DNA of 64,000 nucleotides from assembly GCA_903945175.1 (NCBI GenBank), contig CAJAUM010000100.1:6709-70708 (forward strand). The letters run 5' to 3'. The notes beneath the pieces were generated by a model, which was not told the origin of the DNA, ran no database searches, and saw only the letters and a program-made list of their open reading frames with translations. This document shows positions 19,093 to 28,279 of this stretch, one piece after another. The stretch is from an uncultured Bacteroidales bacterium. GTDB lineage: Bacteria > Bacteroidota > Bacteroidia > Bacteroidales > FEN-979. The position numbers and the translations under genes were made by a program. Position 1 is the stretch's first letter. Each line of letters begins with the position of its first letter.

Positions 19093-20258
19093 GCAAGCCC
19101 TCCCGATATGAGCAGCGCGGCGTCTCCTCATCCAAAGAAGATGTACATGCAGCAATAAAGAATCTCGACAGGGGGTTGTTTCCGAATGCATTTTGTAAAA
19201 TTGTCCCCGATCTGCTCGGAGGAGATCAAAACTGGTGCAATGTCATGCATGCCGATGGCGCCGGCACCAAATCTTCACTGGCGTACCTTTATTGGAAAGA
19301 AACGGGTGATATCAAAGTTTGGCGAGGGATTGCGCAGGATGCCATCGTGATGAATTTAGACGATCTGCTTTGCGTAGGAGCCACGGACAACATCCTAATC
19401 TCCTCCACGATTGGAAGGAACAAGAACCTGATCCCGGGAGAGGTTATTTCAGAGATCATCCAGGGAACTGAAGAATTCCTTGCAGAGATGCGAAAATGGG
19501 GTATCGGTATCTGGTCAACGGGTGGTGAAACGGCTGATGTTGGTGATCTGGTAAGGACCATCATTGTGGATTCGACCGTGGCATGCCGGATGAAACGAAC
19601 CCAGGTCATCGACAATGGCCGGATCAGGGCCGGGGATGTGATTGTCGGGCTTTCATCTTCAGGTCAATCGCGTTATGAGACCACTTACAATGGCGGAATG
19701 GGAAGTAACGGACTTACATCTGCCCGGCATGATGTCCTTGAAAAATTATATCAATCGCGCTATCCGGAAAGTTTCGACGACCATCTGCCGGCGGAGTTGG
19801 TTTATATGGGCACAAAAAAGCTTACCGACGCATCGGAGGTGACTGGCGTTGACATCGGAAAACTCATCCTTTCGCCCACGCGTACCTACGCCCCTGTTGT
19901 GAGGAAAATTTTCGGGGATTACCGGGACCAGATCCATGGAATGGTTCACTGCAGCGGAGGCGGGCAAACCAAGGTGCTGCATTTTATTGACAACCTGCTG
20001 ATCATTAAAGACAACTTGTTCCCTGCACCTCCCCTCTTCAGGCTCATACAGCGTGAATCCGGGACATCGTGGCAGGAGATGTACAAAGTTTTCAATATGG
20101 GTCACCGGCTTGAGTTTTATGTGTCAGAAAGCGTTGCTCAGCCTATCATGGATATTTCTGCCGAATTTGGCATTGATGCGCAAATCATTGGCCGTTGCGA
20201 AGATTCGGAGGGGAGACAACTCACCATTCAGTCAGAATTCGGGGAATACAGGTATTAG
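19089..20258 (+). CDS. AIR synthase (PurM)-related protein
   Basis: 389 aa. MHADGAGTKS, GGETAD and the CSGGGQTK region resemble the PurM-family N- and C-domains. There is an ATGA overlap with the upstream gene. Confidence 0.75.
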   Translation: MSKPSRYEQRGVSSSKEDVHAAIKNLDRGLFPNAFCKIVPDLLGGDQNWCNVMHADGAGTKSSLAYLYWKETGDIKVWRGIAQDAIVMNLDDLLCVGATDNILISSTIGRNKNLIPGEVISEIIQGTEEFLAEMRKWGIGIWSTGGETADVGDLVRTIIVDSTVACRMKRTQVIDNGRIRAGDVIVGLSSSGQSRYETTYNGGMGSNGLTSARHDVLEKLYQSRYPESFDDHLPAELVYMGTKKLTDASEVTGVDIGKLILSPTRTYAPVVRKIFGDYRDQIHGMVHCSGGGQTKVLHFIDNLLIIKDNLFPAPPLFRLIQRESGTSWQEMYKVFNMGHRLEFYVSESVAQPIMDISAEFGIDAQIIGRCEDSEGRQLTIQSEFGEYRY

Positions 20259-20290
20259 CTTCGCCTGATATGAATTCCCTGAGAATTGGT

Positions 20291-20298
20291 TACCTTTG
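20291..20298 (+). promoter_or_regulatory. Candidate -7 promoter box (TAnnTTTG)
   Basis: TACCTTTG, 22 nt upstream of the ATG at 20320. Confidence 0.45.
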
Positions 20299-20319
20299 CA
20301 CCCAATTTCAATTTTACCT

Positions 20320-21393
20320 ATGTTAGATAAATTAGAGGCCATAAAAGTACGTTACGACAGCATTCAGGAACAGATGAATGATCCGTCGGTGATGCGTGAT
20401 ATGAAGAATTACATCAAACTCAACAAGGATTACAAAGAGCTTGAGCCCATCATGCAGGCATTTGAAGTGTATAAGAGCATACTCTCCAATATAGATCATG
20501 CCAAGGAGATCATCCACAATGAGAAGGATGAAGAATTCCGGAGCATGGCCAAAGAGGAATTTAATACCCTTTCGGCAGAAAAGGATAAACTGGAGGAAGA
20601 TATCAGGATGATGCTGATTCCGGCTGATCCCGAGGATGGCAAGAATGCTGTGATCGAGATCCGTGCGGGCACCGGTGGTGATGAGGCCAGTATTTTTGCA
20701 GGCGATCTCTACCGCATGTACAGCAAATATGCGGAAAGCAAACGCTGGAAGCTGGAACTGGTTGATTTTACCGAAGGTACGATGGGCGGTTTCAAGGAGA
20801 TCATCTTCAACATCATGGGAGATAATGTTTACGGCCTTATGAAGTACGAATCAGGCGTTCACCGTGTGCAGCGTGTTCCGCAAACGGAAACCCAGGGGCG
20901 CGTGCACACATCTGCCGCCACTGTGGCGGTTTTACCAGAAGCTGACGAATTTGATGTTGAGATCAAACAATCGGATGTACGCAAAGATACCTTTTGTTCC
21001 TCCGGTCCCGGCGGACAGTCTGTTAATACAACCTATTCCGCCATCAGGCTCACCCATGTTCCATCGGGCATTGTCGTCTCCTGCCAGGATGAAAAATCTC
21101 AGATCAAGAATTTTGAAAAAGCGATGAAGGTCTTGCGCACAAGGCTGTATGAGCTGGAGCACCAGAAGTACCTCGACGAGATTTCCAAGAAGCGGAAAAC
21201 CATGGTATCAACCGGCGACCGTTCAGCCAAAATCCGTACTTACAATTATGCACAAAGCCGTGTAACCGATCATCGCATTAACATGAACCTGTACAATCTG
21301 CCTGTTGTGATGGATGGCGAAGTGCAACCTTTGATCGATGCGCTTCAGCTGGCCGAGAATGCAGAAAGGCTGAAGGAGGCGGGGAGTAATTAA
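20320..21393 (+). CDS. prfA: Peptide chain release factor 1
   Basis: GGQ motif ([11 protein letters not shown]) and the RF1-type anticodon-like region [20 protein letters not shown]. The start was moved to the ATG at 20320 (MLDKLEAIK). Confidence 0.95.
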   Translation: MLDKLEAIKVRYDSIQEQMNDPSVMRDMKNYIKLNKDYKELEPIMQAFEVYKSILSNIDHAKEIIHNEKDEEFRSMAKEEFNTLSAEKDKLEEDIRMMLIPADPEDGKNAVIEIRAGTGGDEASIFAGDLYRMYSKYAESKRWKLELVDFTEGTMGGFKEIIFNIMGDNVYGLMKYESGVHRVQRVPQTETQGRVHTSAATVAVLPEADEFDVEIKQSDVRKDTFCSSGPGGQSVNTTYSAIRLTHVPSGIVVSCQDEKSQIKNFEKAMKVLRTRLYELEHQKYLDEISKKRKTMVSTGDRSAKIRTYNYAQSRVTDHRINMNLYNLPVVMDGEVQPLIDALQLAENAERLKEAGSN

Positions 21394-21398
21394 TTTAT

Positions 21399-22229
21399 AT
21401 GAACCGAACTTCACTGATCAACCTCATTCATGCCAAAAAGTCCTTTCTCTGTATCGGGCTTGATACTGATCTTGCGAAAATCCCCCGTCATTTGCTTGAT
21501 CACGATGATCCTGTATTCGAGTTTAACAAGGAGATCATTGATGCCACGCATGACCTGGCCATTGCCTACAAGCCCAATTTTGCCTTTTATGAATGCAATG
21601 GAACGAAGGGCTGGCTAAGCCTGACGAAGACCATCGCATACATTAACAATGCCTACCCCGGCCAATTGTTTTCCATTGCCGATGCGAAGCGCGGTGACAT
21701 TGGCAATACATCGCAGCAGTATGCCAAAGCCATGTTTGATCCTCAATCGTCAGGGATGAATTTTGACGCTGTGACTGTTGCGCCTTATATGGGTGAAGAT
21801 TCGGTGAAACCATTCCTCTCCTACCCTGAAAAATGGATCATCGTTCTGGCCCTGACATCAAACAAGGGTGCAGATGATTTTCAGTTTTTCACAGACAATG
21901 AATGTCGGCTTTTTGAGCACGTGCTCTCAAAATCACAGGTTTGGGGAAGTAAGGAAAACATGATGTATGTTGTTGGCGCAACCAAGGCTGAGTTGCTCTC
22001 CGACGTCCGTTCAATTGTCCCGGATCATTTTCTCCTCGTTCCCGGTGTCGGCGCCCAGGGAGGAAGCCTTCAGGAGGTGGCAAAGTATGGCTTAACCAAA
22101 GATTGCGGGCTAATCGTCAATTCCTCAAGGAATATTATTTATGCTTCATCCGGAAAAGATTTTGCAGAGAAAGCCAGGGAAGAGGCCCTGAAGATGCAGC
22201 AGGAGATGGAGCAGTTGTTAAGGGGTTAA
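21399..22229 (+). CDS. pyrF: Orotidine-5'-phosphate decarboxylase (type 2)
   Basis: 276 aa with [18 protein letters not shown] and LDTDL motifs. Confidence 0.92.
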   Translation: MNRTSLINLIHAKKSFLCIGLDTDLAKIPRHLLDHDDPVFEFNKEIIDATHDLAIAYKPNFAFYECNGTKGWLSLTKTIAYINNAYPGQLFSIADAKRGDIGNTSQQYAKAMFDPQSSGMNFDAVTVAPYMGEDSVKPFLSYPEKWIIVLALTSNKGADDFQFFTDNECRLFEHVLSKSQVWGSKENMMYVVGATKAELLSDVRSIVPDHFLLVPGVGAQGGSLQEVAKYGLTKDCGLIVNSSRNIIYASSGKDFAEKAREEALKMQQEMEQLLRG

Positions 22230-22250
22230 AATCATTCAAAGAAAAAAACC

Positions 22251-23270
22251 TTACTCCACAATGGTATTCCAGCCATGGATGTCAGGCTCCGTGCCTTCCT
22301 GAATTCCTTTCAGTTTGAAGTAGAGTTTTTGTGAAATATCTCCAACCTGACCGTTTTTACAATATTTGTACTCTTTCCCGGTATCACGGTCATGAATCAT
22401 GCAGATGGGAGAAATCACCGCTGCAGTACCACAAGCACCCACTTCATCAAACTCTTCAAGTTCTGTCACCGGAACCTGGCGCTGTACAACTTTTAACCCC
22501 ATTTCAGCGGCCAAAACCCGCATGGACATGTTGGTGATGGAAGGAAGGATGGAAGAGGAATCAGGTGTAACATAGGTATTTCCCTTAATTCCGAAAAAAT
22601 TCGCAGGACCGGCTTCATCAATATATTTTTTCTCACGGGCATCAAGGAAAATACAGGATGCAAAACCATCCTGGTGGGCCCTGTCCCCTGCCCTGAGACT
22701 GGCTGCATAATTACCGCCAACTTTAATGTGGCCGGTACCCAGGGGCGCAGCACGGTCATAATCGCGTACGATCTGCATTTTAACAGGATTGAATCCCTCT
22801 TTAAAATATGGACCTACCGGGCCTACAAAAACCATGAACAAATACTCCTTTGCGGCTTTTACGCCAACCTGGGCCCCTGTTCCTATTAACAATGGCCTGA
22901 TATAGAGCGATGCACCCTCGCCATAAGGGGGAACATATTTCAGATTCAGCTTCACTGCTTTCAAAACAACTTCACGAAACAGCTCAACAGGAACCTCTGC
23001 CATCATCACGCCATTGGCAGAACGAATCATTCGTTTTGCATTTTCTTCCAATCGAAAAATCCTGACCTTCCCGTCAATTCCGGTAAATGCTTTTAATCCT
23101 TCAAAGGCCTCCTGACCATAATGAAGACAGGTTGCAGCCATGTGCATCGTGATGAATTCAGAATCAGAAACCTCCAATTCACCCCATTTTCCATCTTTAT
23201 AGTAACAACGGACATTATAATCAGTTTTAGAATAACCGAATGGCAAGTTTTTCCAATCTATCTCATTCAT
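22251..23270 (-). CDS. ilvE: Branched-chain amino acid aminotransferase
   Basis: 339 aa, class IV aminotransferase. Contains QEAFEGLKAF, GTGHIKVGGNYAASL (the PLP Lys region) and GACGTAAVI. Confidence 0.9.
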   Translation of the reverse strand: MNEIDWKNLPFGYSKTDYNVRCYYKDGKWGELEVSDSEFITMHMAATCLHYGQEAFEGLKAFTGIDGKVRIFRLEENAKRMIRSANGVMMAEVPVELFREVVLKAVKLNLKYVPPYGEGASLYIRPLLIGTGAQVGVKAAKEYLFMVFVGPVGPYFKEGFNPVKMQIVRDYDRAAPLGTGHIKVGGNYAASLRAGDRAHQDGFASCIFLDAREKKYIDEAGPANFFGIKGNTYVTPDSSSILPSITNMSMRVLAAEMGLKVVQRQVPVTELEEFDEVGACGTAAVISPICMIHDRDTGKEYKYCKNGQVGDISQKLYFKLKGIQEGTEPDIHGWNTIVE

Positions 23271-23501
23271 AATAAAGAGTTTTTAGTTTGTGTTCCAAGT
23301 TGAAGGACATGGTAAAAATAGTAATTTTCCTCACGTAAATCGAAAAGTTAAAAAAAAATCACCCATGCTGCCCAGCCATGCAAAACAGGTCACAAAAGTC
23401 AAGAAATAATCACACTTACTAAAAAACAATCGACACTTACTTATTGATGGTTGACTTCAAGGTGATAAAGAGATAATATTGTAGCGTAAATCATAAATGC
23501 C

Positions 23502-23624
23502 ATGAATACAAAAGAACTACAATCAAGGAATTACTCGATGTTCACACTTGGAACCATTGGATTTTTTATTGTCAACACCGTCGTTGTCGTTTCACTGGTA
23601 TTCCTGATGATGAACCAGAGTTAG
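23502..23624 (+). CDS. Candidate 40-aa single-pass membrane peptide
   Basis: ATG..TAG ORF MNTKELQSRNYSMFTLGTIGFFIVNTVVVVSLVFLMMNQS with one hydrophobic helix. It lies in a 480-nt gene-free gap and is followed 24 nt later by a strong hairpin. It is below the ORF-track length cutoff. Confidence 0.3.
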   Translation: MNTKELQSRNYSMFTLGTIGFFIVNTVVVVSLVFLMMNQS

Positions 23625-23647
23625 TCTTACCAAAGCACTATTTTATC

Positions 23648-23685
23648 AAGGGCTGCATGTGTATCATGCGGCCCTTTGTCATTTT
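23648..23685 (+). terminator. Hairpin / candidate intrinsic terminator
   Basis: AAGGGCTGCATG-tgtat-CATGCGGCCCTT forms a 12-bp stem (1 G-U pair), followed by the T-rich TGTCATTTT. Confidence 0.55.
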
Positions 23686-23750
23686 GTCAGGATCTTTCAA
23701 TTGGCACCTGTTTTGATAAACCCTTGTCAGCAAATTAAACACAATCAACT

Positions 23751-25670
23751 ATGCAAAAAGGTAAAATAAACGTTCAGACTGAAAACATTTTTCCGATCAT
23801 CAAGAAATTTCTTTACTCGGAGCATGAAATATTCCTGCGTGAGTTAATCTCCAATGCCGTAGATGCAACGCAGAAGCTTAAAACCCTTGCAAATCTTGGA
23901 AAATTCAATGGCGACATGAGTGATCTGACCATTGAAGTAACTTTGGATAAAAAGAAAAAAACCATATCCATAAAAGACAAGGGTATTGGAATGACCTCTG
24001 TTGAAGTAGACAAATATATTAACCAGATTGCATTCTCCAGTGCCGAAGAGTTTATCAAGAAATTCAAAACAAAATCAGAATCAGAGATGAATGCCATCAT
24101 TGGCCATTTTGGTTTGGGATTTTATTCCAGTTTCATGGTTTCAGACCAGGTTGAACTTTTCACCAAGACCTATCAGAAAAAGGGTGAAACAGCCGGTGTT
24201 CATTGGGAATGCGACGGCAGTCCTGACTATACCATGGATGAATGCGACAAGGTTGACCGTGGAACAGAGGTGATTCTCCATATTTCGGATGAGTCGAAAG
24301 AATATCTTGAAGAAAACACCCTGCTGGGGATTCTTAAAAAATACTGCAAGTTTCTACCCGTACCCATCCGTTTCGGAAATGAAAAAACCTGGGAGAAAGT
24401 TGAAGGCGAAAAGGACAAGGATGGCAATGACAAGCATGTAGAGGTAGAAAAACCGCGGATCATCAACAATACGGATCCTATCTGGAAAAAGAAACCAGTT
24501 GATCTGAAAGACGAGGATTATAAGAACTTCTACAGGGAACTTTACCCGTTCTCGTTTGATGAACCGCTTTTCTGGATTCATTTGAACGTGGATTATCCAT
24601 TCAACCTGACCGGCATACTCTATTTTCCGAAGGTCAAGCGAAACCTGGAGGTTCAAAAAGACAAGATCCAGTTATACTGCAACCAGGTTTTTGTGACCGA
24701 TTCGGTCGAAGGTATTGTTCCTGACTTTCTGACATTGTTGCATGGTGTGATCGACTCACCTGATATTCCATTGAATGTTTCGCGCAGCTATTTGCAGAGC
24801 GATCCCAATGTAAAAAAAATCTCTAACCATATCACCAAGAAAGTGGCTGATAAACTGGAGTCGTTGTTCAAGGATTCCCGTCCTGACTTTGAAGCCAAAT
24901 GGGATGACATCAAGGTATTTATCGAATATGGAGTTATCTCTCAGCCTGAATTTTACGATCGCGCCAAGAAATTCTGCCTGCTAAAAAATGTTGACAGCAA
25001 ATATTACACCTTTGAGGACTACGAAAAACTGGTTAAACCGGCTCAGAAGGACAAAGATGGCCAGCTCATTTATCTTTATGCGACCAACCAGCATGAACAA
25101 TACAGTTTTATCGAAAACGTCAAGGAGCGGGGTTATGATGTTTTACTGATGGATGGCATCCTGGAGGCACATTTCATTAACACCCTGGAGCAGAAGCTAG
25201 AGAAGACAAGGTTCACCCGGGTTGATTCCGATACCGTTGACAAGTTGATCAAGAAGGAGGATGCTTTACCATCGAAACTCAATGACGATCAGCAGAAGTC
25301 GATCAAAGAAATAATTGAAAAGCAGATTGACGCCAAAAAATTCACAGTTGTTTTTGAAAGTCTGAGCGAAAAGGAATCGCCCATTCAGATTACCCAGAAC
25401 GAGTTTATGCGGCGCATGAAGGACATGTCGGCCCTCGGAGGTGGAGGTGGATATGGCTTTATGGGAGAGATGCCAGAGAATTACAACCTGGTAATCAACG
25501 CGAACAATCCCCTGGTCGGAAAATTGCTTTTGGAGACCGAAAGCGAAAAACAGGAGGGTACCATCAAGCATCTTTTTGACCTGGCCCTGCTGGCGCAGAA
25601 TATGCTGAAAGGGAAAGATCTGGCCGATTTCATCAGGCGCAGCACAGAGCAAATGACGAATGACAAGTGA
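23751..25670 (+). CDS. htpG: Molecular chaperone HtpG (Hsp90)
   Basis: 639 aa. GHKL ATPase motifs ELISNAVDA, DKGIGM and GHFGLGFYS, plus full-length Hsp90 architecture. Confidence 0.95.
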   Translation: MQKGKINVQTENIFPIIKKFLYSEHEIFLRELISNAVDATQKLKTLANLGKFNGDMSDLTIEVTLDKKKKTISIKDKGIGMTSVEVDKYINQIAFSSAEEFIKKFKTKSESEMNAIIGHFGLGFYSSFMVSDQVELFTKTYQKKGETAGVHWECDGSPDYTMDECDKVDRGTEVILHISDESKEYLEENTLLGILKKYCKFLPVPIRFGNEKTWEKVEGEKDKDGNDKHVEVEKPRIINNTDPIWKKKPVDLKDEDYKNFYRELYPFSFDEPLFWIHLNVDYPFNLTGILYFPKVKRNLEVQKDKIQLYCNQVFVTDSVEGIVPDFLTLLHGVIDSPDIPLNVSRSYLQSDPNVKKISNHITKKVADKLESLFKDSRPDFEAKWDDIKVFIEYGVISQPEFYDRAKKFCLLKNVDSKYYTFEDYEKLVKPAQKDKDGQLIYLYATNQHEQYSFIENVKERGYDVLLMDGILEAHFINTLEQKLEKTRFTRVDSDTVDKLIKKEDALPSKLNDDQQKSIKEIIEKQIDAKKFTVVFESLSEKESPIQITQNEFMRRMKDMSALGGGGGYGFMGEMPENYNLVINANNPLVGKLLLETESEKQEGTIKHLFDLALLAQNMLKGKDLADFIRRSTEQMTNDK

Positions 25671-25694
25671 CGCGTGACGAATGGCGCGTGTCAA
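25653..25694. repeat. Degenerate heptamer array (RTGACRM)x6 spanning the htpG stop codon
   Basis: ATGACGA ATGACAA GTGACGC GTGACGA ATGGCGC GTGTCAA. The htpG TGA at 25668-25670 is part of a GTGAC unit. Confidence 0.55.
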
Positions 25695-25706
25695 ATTATG
25701 ATTATT

Positions 25707-25714
25707 TATCTTTG
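25707..25714 (+). promoter_or_regulatory. Candidate -7 promoter box (TAnnTTTG)
   Basis: TATCTTTG, 50 nt upstream of the ATG at 25764. Confidence 0.4.
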
Positions 25715-25763
25715 TATTTTATTATTAATAACTTAGCAAAAATTAACCTTAAAAAATTGAATT

Positions 25764-26360
25764 ATGAAACTAAGTAAAGGTTGGATTATATTGATTGTCG
25801 TTGTCGGAGTCATCCTTCTCATGGTGTCATGGATAACAGGGATCAACAACAATTTGGTCACCAAGGAAGAGGGTGTAAACCAGGCCTGGGCCAATGTGGA
25901 GAACGTTTATCAGCGCAGGCTCGACCTGATTCCTAACCTCGTCAATACGGTTAAAGGCGTTGCCAATTTTGAGCAGCAGACGCTTACGGCTGTGATTGAG
26001 GCCCGTGCAAAGGCTACCAGTGTTCAGATCAATCCTAAAAATCTGGATGAGGGATCCTTGCAGAAGTTTCAGGAAGCACAGAATGGGGTGAGTTCCGCCC
26101 TTGGCAGGTTGATGGTTGTTGTTGAGAAATATCCAGAGCTCAAAGCCACGCAGAATTTTTTAGAGCTACAGGCTCAGCTTGAGGGTACCGAAAACAGGAT
26201 CAGTGTTGAGCGTATGAAGTTCAACGAATCGGCCCAGGCCTACAATACCTATCTGCGCCGTTTCCCCAACAGTATGTTTGCAGGCATGTTTGGGTTCCAG
26301 AAGAAGGCCTATTTCCAGGCCACGGCCGGAGCAGAAAAAGCACCAACGGTTCAGTTCTAA
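25764..26360 (+). CDS. lemA: LemA family protein
   Basis: 198 aa with an N-terminal TM. Contains VNQAWANVENVYQRRLDLIPNLV and YPELKA..F..LQ..LEGTENRI..R..FN..A..YN. Confidence 0.9.
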   Translation: MKLSKGWIILIVVVGVILLMVSWITGINNNLVTKEEGVNQAWANVENVYQRRLDLIPNLVNTVKGVANFEQQTLTAVIEARAKATSVQINPKNLDEGSLQKFQEAQNGVSSALGRLMVVVEKYPELKATQNFLELQAQLEGTENRISVERMKFNESAQAYNTYLRRFPNSMFAGMFGFQKKAYFQATAGAEKAPTVQF

Positions 26361-26382
26361 TCACATTTAAACTTTGGAACCC

Positions 26383-26829
26383 ATGGGTACCGCTGCAATT
26401 GATTTTTTCTCGAAACAGGAAAAAGAGGAGATTCAAATGGCCATCATGAATGCCGAGTTGGATACATCAGGAGAAATCCGGGTGCATATGGAGAACAACT
26501 TCACGGGTGATGTCATGGACCGGGCTGCCTTTATTTTCAAGCATCTTGAAATGAATAAGACCGAACTGAGGAACGGCGTCTTAATTTACCTTGCGGTGAA
26601 AAACCGCCGTTTTGCCATCATTGGCGACAGCGGTATTCACAAGGTGGTACCCGAAAATTTCTGGGACGACATCAAAGCAAAGATGCTCAACCATTTCAGG
26701 GAAGGACGATTCGCTGATGGATTGGTAGAAGCCATCAACAATGCCGGATTGCAGCTGAAGAGTCATTTTCCGCGCCAGAAAAATGATGTCAATGAACTGA
26801 CCGATGAAATTTCGTTTGGGAAAGATTAA
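26383..26829 (+). CDS. TPM (TLP18.3/Psb32/MOLO-1) domain protein, cytoplasmic type
   Basis: FSKQEKEEIQMAIMNAELDTSGEIRVHME..VLIYLAVKNRRFAIIGDSGIH matches the TPM/DUF477 pattern. The start was set to the ATG at 26383. Confidence 0.8.
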   Translation: MGTAAIDFFSKQEKEEIQMAIMNAELDTSGEIRVHMENNFTGDVMDRAAFIFKHLEMNKTELRNGVLIYLAVKNRRFAIIGDSGIHKVVPENFWDDIKAKMLNHFREGRFADGLVEAINNAGLQLKSHFPRQKNDVNELTDEISFGKD

Positions 26830-26831
26830 CA

Positions 26832-26869
26832 GCGTGACACGTGACGCGTGACGCGTGACACGTGACGCG
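26832..26869. repeat. Heptamer tandem repeat (RCGTGAC)x5.4
   Basis: GCGTGAC ACGTGAC GCGTGAC GCGTGAC ACGTGAC GCG. It begins 3 nt after the TAA of the upstream TPM gene. Confidence 0.85.
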
Positions 26870-26887
26870 GGGAGGAGGAAAAAAATT

Positions 26888-27706
26888 ATGAGCGGATATA
26901 AGCGTTTTATTGTTTCTTTTTTGGCGTTAATGATCCTTGCCGGATTTTCGCCTTTGGCTGGGCAGGATATTCCTGCAAGGCCTGATCCGCCAAGACTGGT
27001 GAATGATTTTGCTGGAGTTTTATCCGGTGATGAAATCCAACGTCTTGAGCAGAAGCTGGTGCGCTTCAATGATTCTTCATCCACACAAATCGTTGTGGTC
27101 ATCGTGAAATCACTCAACGGTTTTGACAAGAATGACTTTGCCTATAAAATTGGCATGAGTTGGGGCGTCGGGCAAAAAGGGAGAAACAATGGAGCCGTTG
27201 TACTGGTAAAGCCCAAATATCCGAATGATAAGGGAGAAACCTGCATTCAGACCGGCTACGGTCTCGAAGGGGTTATCCCAGATGCGCTGGCAAAGCGCAT
27301 TGTCACCAACGAAATGATCCCGAATTTCAGCAGCGGCAACTACTATGCTGGCATTGATGCGGCCACAACTGCTATGATCTCCCTTGCAAAGGGCGAATAT
27401 ACGGCCGACCAGTATGCAAAGCGCAAAGACAAGAAATCAAGTCCTTACGGGCTTCTCATCCCCATCATCATCATGGCCGTTGTGTTCACTTTGATCCGCG
27501 GCAGCCGTGCCCGTGGAACGTCAGTCGGCAAAAGTCTGCCGTTTTGGACTGCCTTCTTCTTACTGGGATCGATGGGCCGCGGCCACAGTGGATCCTGGAG
27601 TGATTTCAGCGGCGGCGGCGGTGGATTTGGCGGCGGCGGCGGCGGCGGATTTGGCGGATTCGGAGGTGGAAGTTTTGGTGGCGGCGGAGCAGGCGGCAGC
27701 TGGTAG
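26888..27706 (+). CDS. TPM domain-containing protein (YgcG-like) with TM and Gly-rich tail
   Basis: Signal peptide, a TPM core (VNDFAGVLSGDEIQRLEQKL..STQIVVV..G.E), a TM helix and a C-terminal [31 protein letters not shown]. The start was set to the ATG at 26888, because the listed GTG start lies inside the heptamer repeat. Confidence 0.82.
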   Translation: MSGYKRFIVSFLALMILAGFSPLAGQDIPARPDPPRLVNDFAGVLSGDEIQRLEQKLVRFNDSSSTQIVVVIVKSLNGFDKNDFAYKIGMSWGVGQKGRNNGAVVLVKPKYPNDKGETCIQTGYGLEGVIPDALAKRIVTNEMIPNFSSGNYYAGIDAATTAMISLAKGEYTADQYAKRKDKKSSPYGLLIPIIIMAVVFTLIRGSRARGTSVGKSLPFWTAFFLLGSMGRGHSGSWSDFSGGGGGFGGGGGGGFGGFGGGSFGGGGAGGSW

Positions 27707-27717
27707 CTGAAGTCAGA

Positions 27718-28212
27718 TTATTTGGCCGTAGCAGGTGCCGGACGTGGCTTGATCACCAGACTTGAAACTTCTTCCATTGTCACAAAACCATCCTTGTTGC
27801 CAAGGTTATTCAGCACATAATTGATCACGGCAACGGCATCCTCCTTGGTATCGACCTGGGGTACCATTTCCTGATTGTACTTTTTACCGTTCACGATCAT
27901 CTCAACCTTAGATCCGTTGAGTGTTTGGGCTACTGCCCTTACTTTATCTGCAAGAAGATAATCGGCCTTTGAAAGAGGTGGGAATACATTTTCGATACCC
28001 AAACCTGTTGCCTGATGGCAAACCACACATTTGGTTTTGTATAATTCCTCACCACGGGGCATCATGGCCTGGATGTCGGCAGGAAGGTCAGCGTAGGGGC
28101 CGGTCGCCTTCACCTCCGTTTGTTCTGATGAAGGCTGGCTTCCACCACCGCACGAGGTCATCATGAAGGTGACAGCAAACAGTGAAATCAGGATAATTGC
28201 AGATTTTTTCAT
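27718..28212 (-). CDS. c-type cytochrome lipoprotein (class I, monoheme)
   Basis: Lipobox MMTSCGG, one CxxCH (CVVCHQ) and a distal Met region. Confidence 0.85.
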   Translation of the reverse strand: MKKSAIILISLFAVTFMMTSCGGGSQPSSEQTEVKATGPYADLPADIQAMMPRGEELYKTKCVVCHQATGLGIENVFPPLSKADYLLADKVRAVAQTLNGSKVEMIVNGKKYNQEMVPQVDTKEDAVAVINYVLNNLGNKDGFVTMEEVSSLVIKPRPAPATAK

Positions 28213-28254
28213 AGGATTTTGGTTTTAGTGTTTAAATAGGATGATTTCTGATTA

Positions 28255-28262
28255 CAAAATTA
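28255..28262 (-). promoter_or_regulatory. Candidate -7 promoter box (TAnnTTTG)
   Basis: Minus-strand TAATTTTG, 43 nt upstream of the ATG at 28212. Confidence 0.35.
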
Positions 28263-28279
28263 GCAATTCATTGATAACT

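Noticed and set aside
26832-26869. Heptamer and octamer arrays (also 12611, 25653, 41060 and 45781) considered as CRISPR arrays.
   Set aside because: The periods of 7-8 nt with no spacers are incompatible with CRISPR, which needs repeats of about 24-48 nt plus unique spacers. No cas genes are present.
27507-27710. 67-aa alternative-frame ORF (Ala-rich) at the end of the TPM gene.
   Set aside because: It is a frame-shifted reading of the GGC-rich tract and has no independent support.
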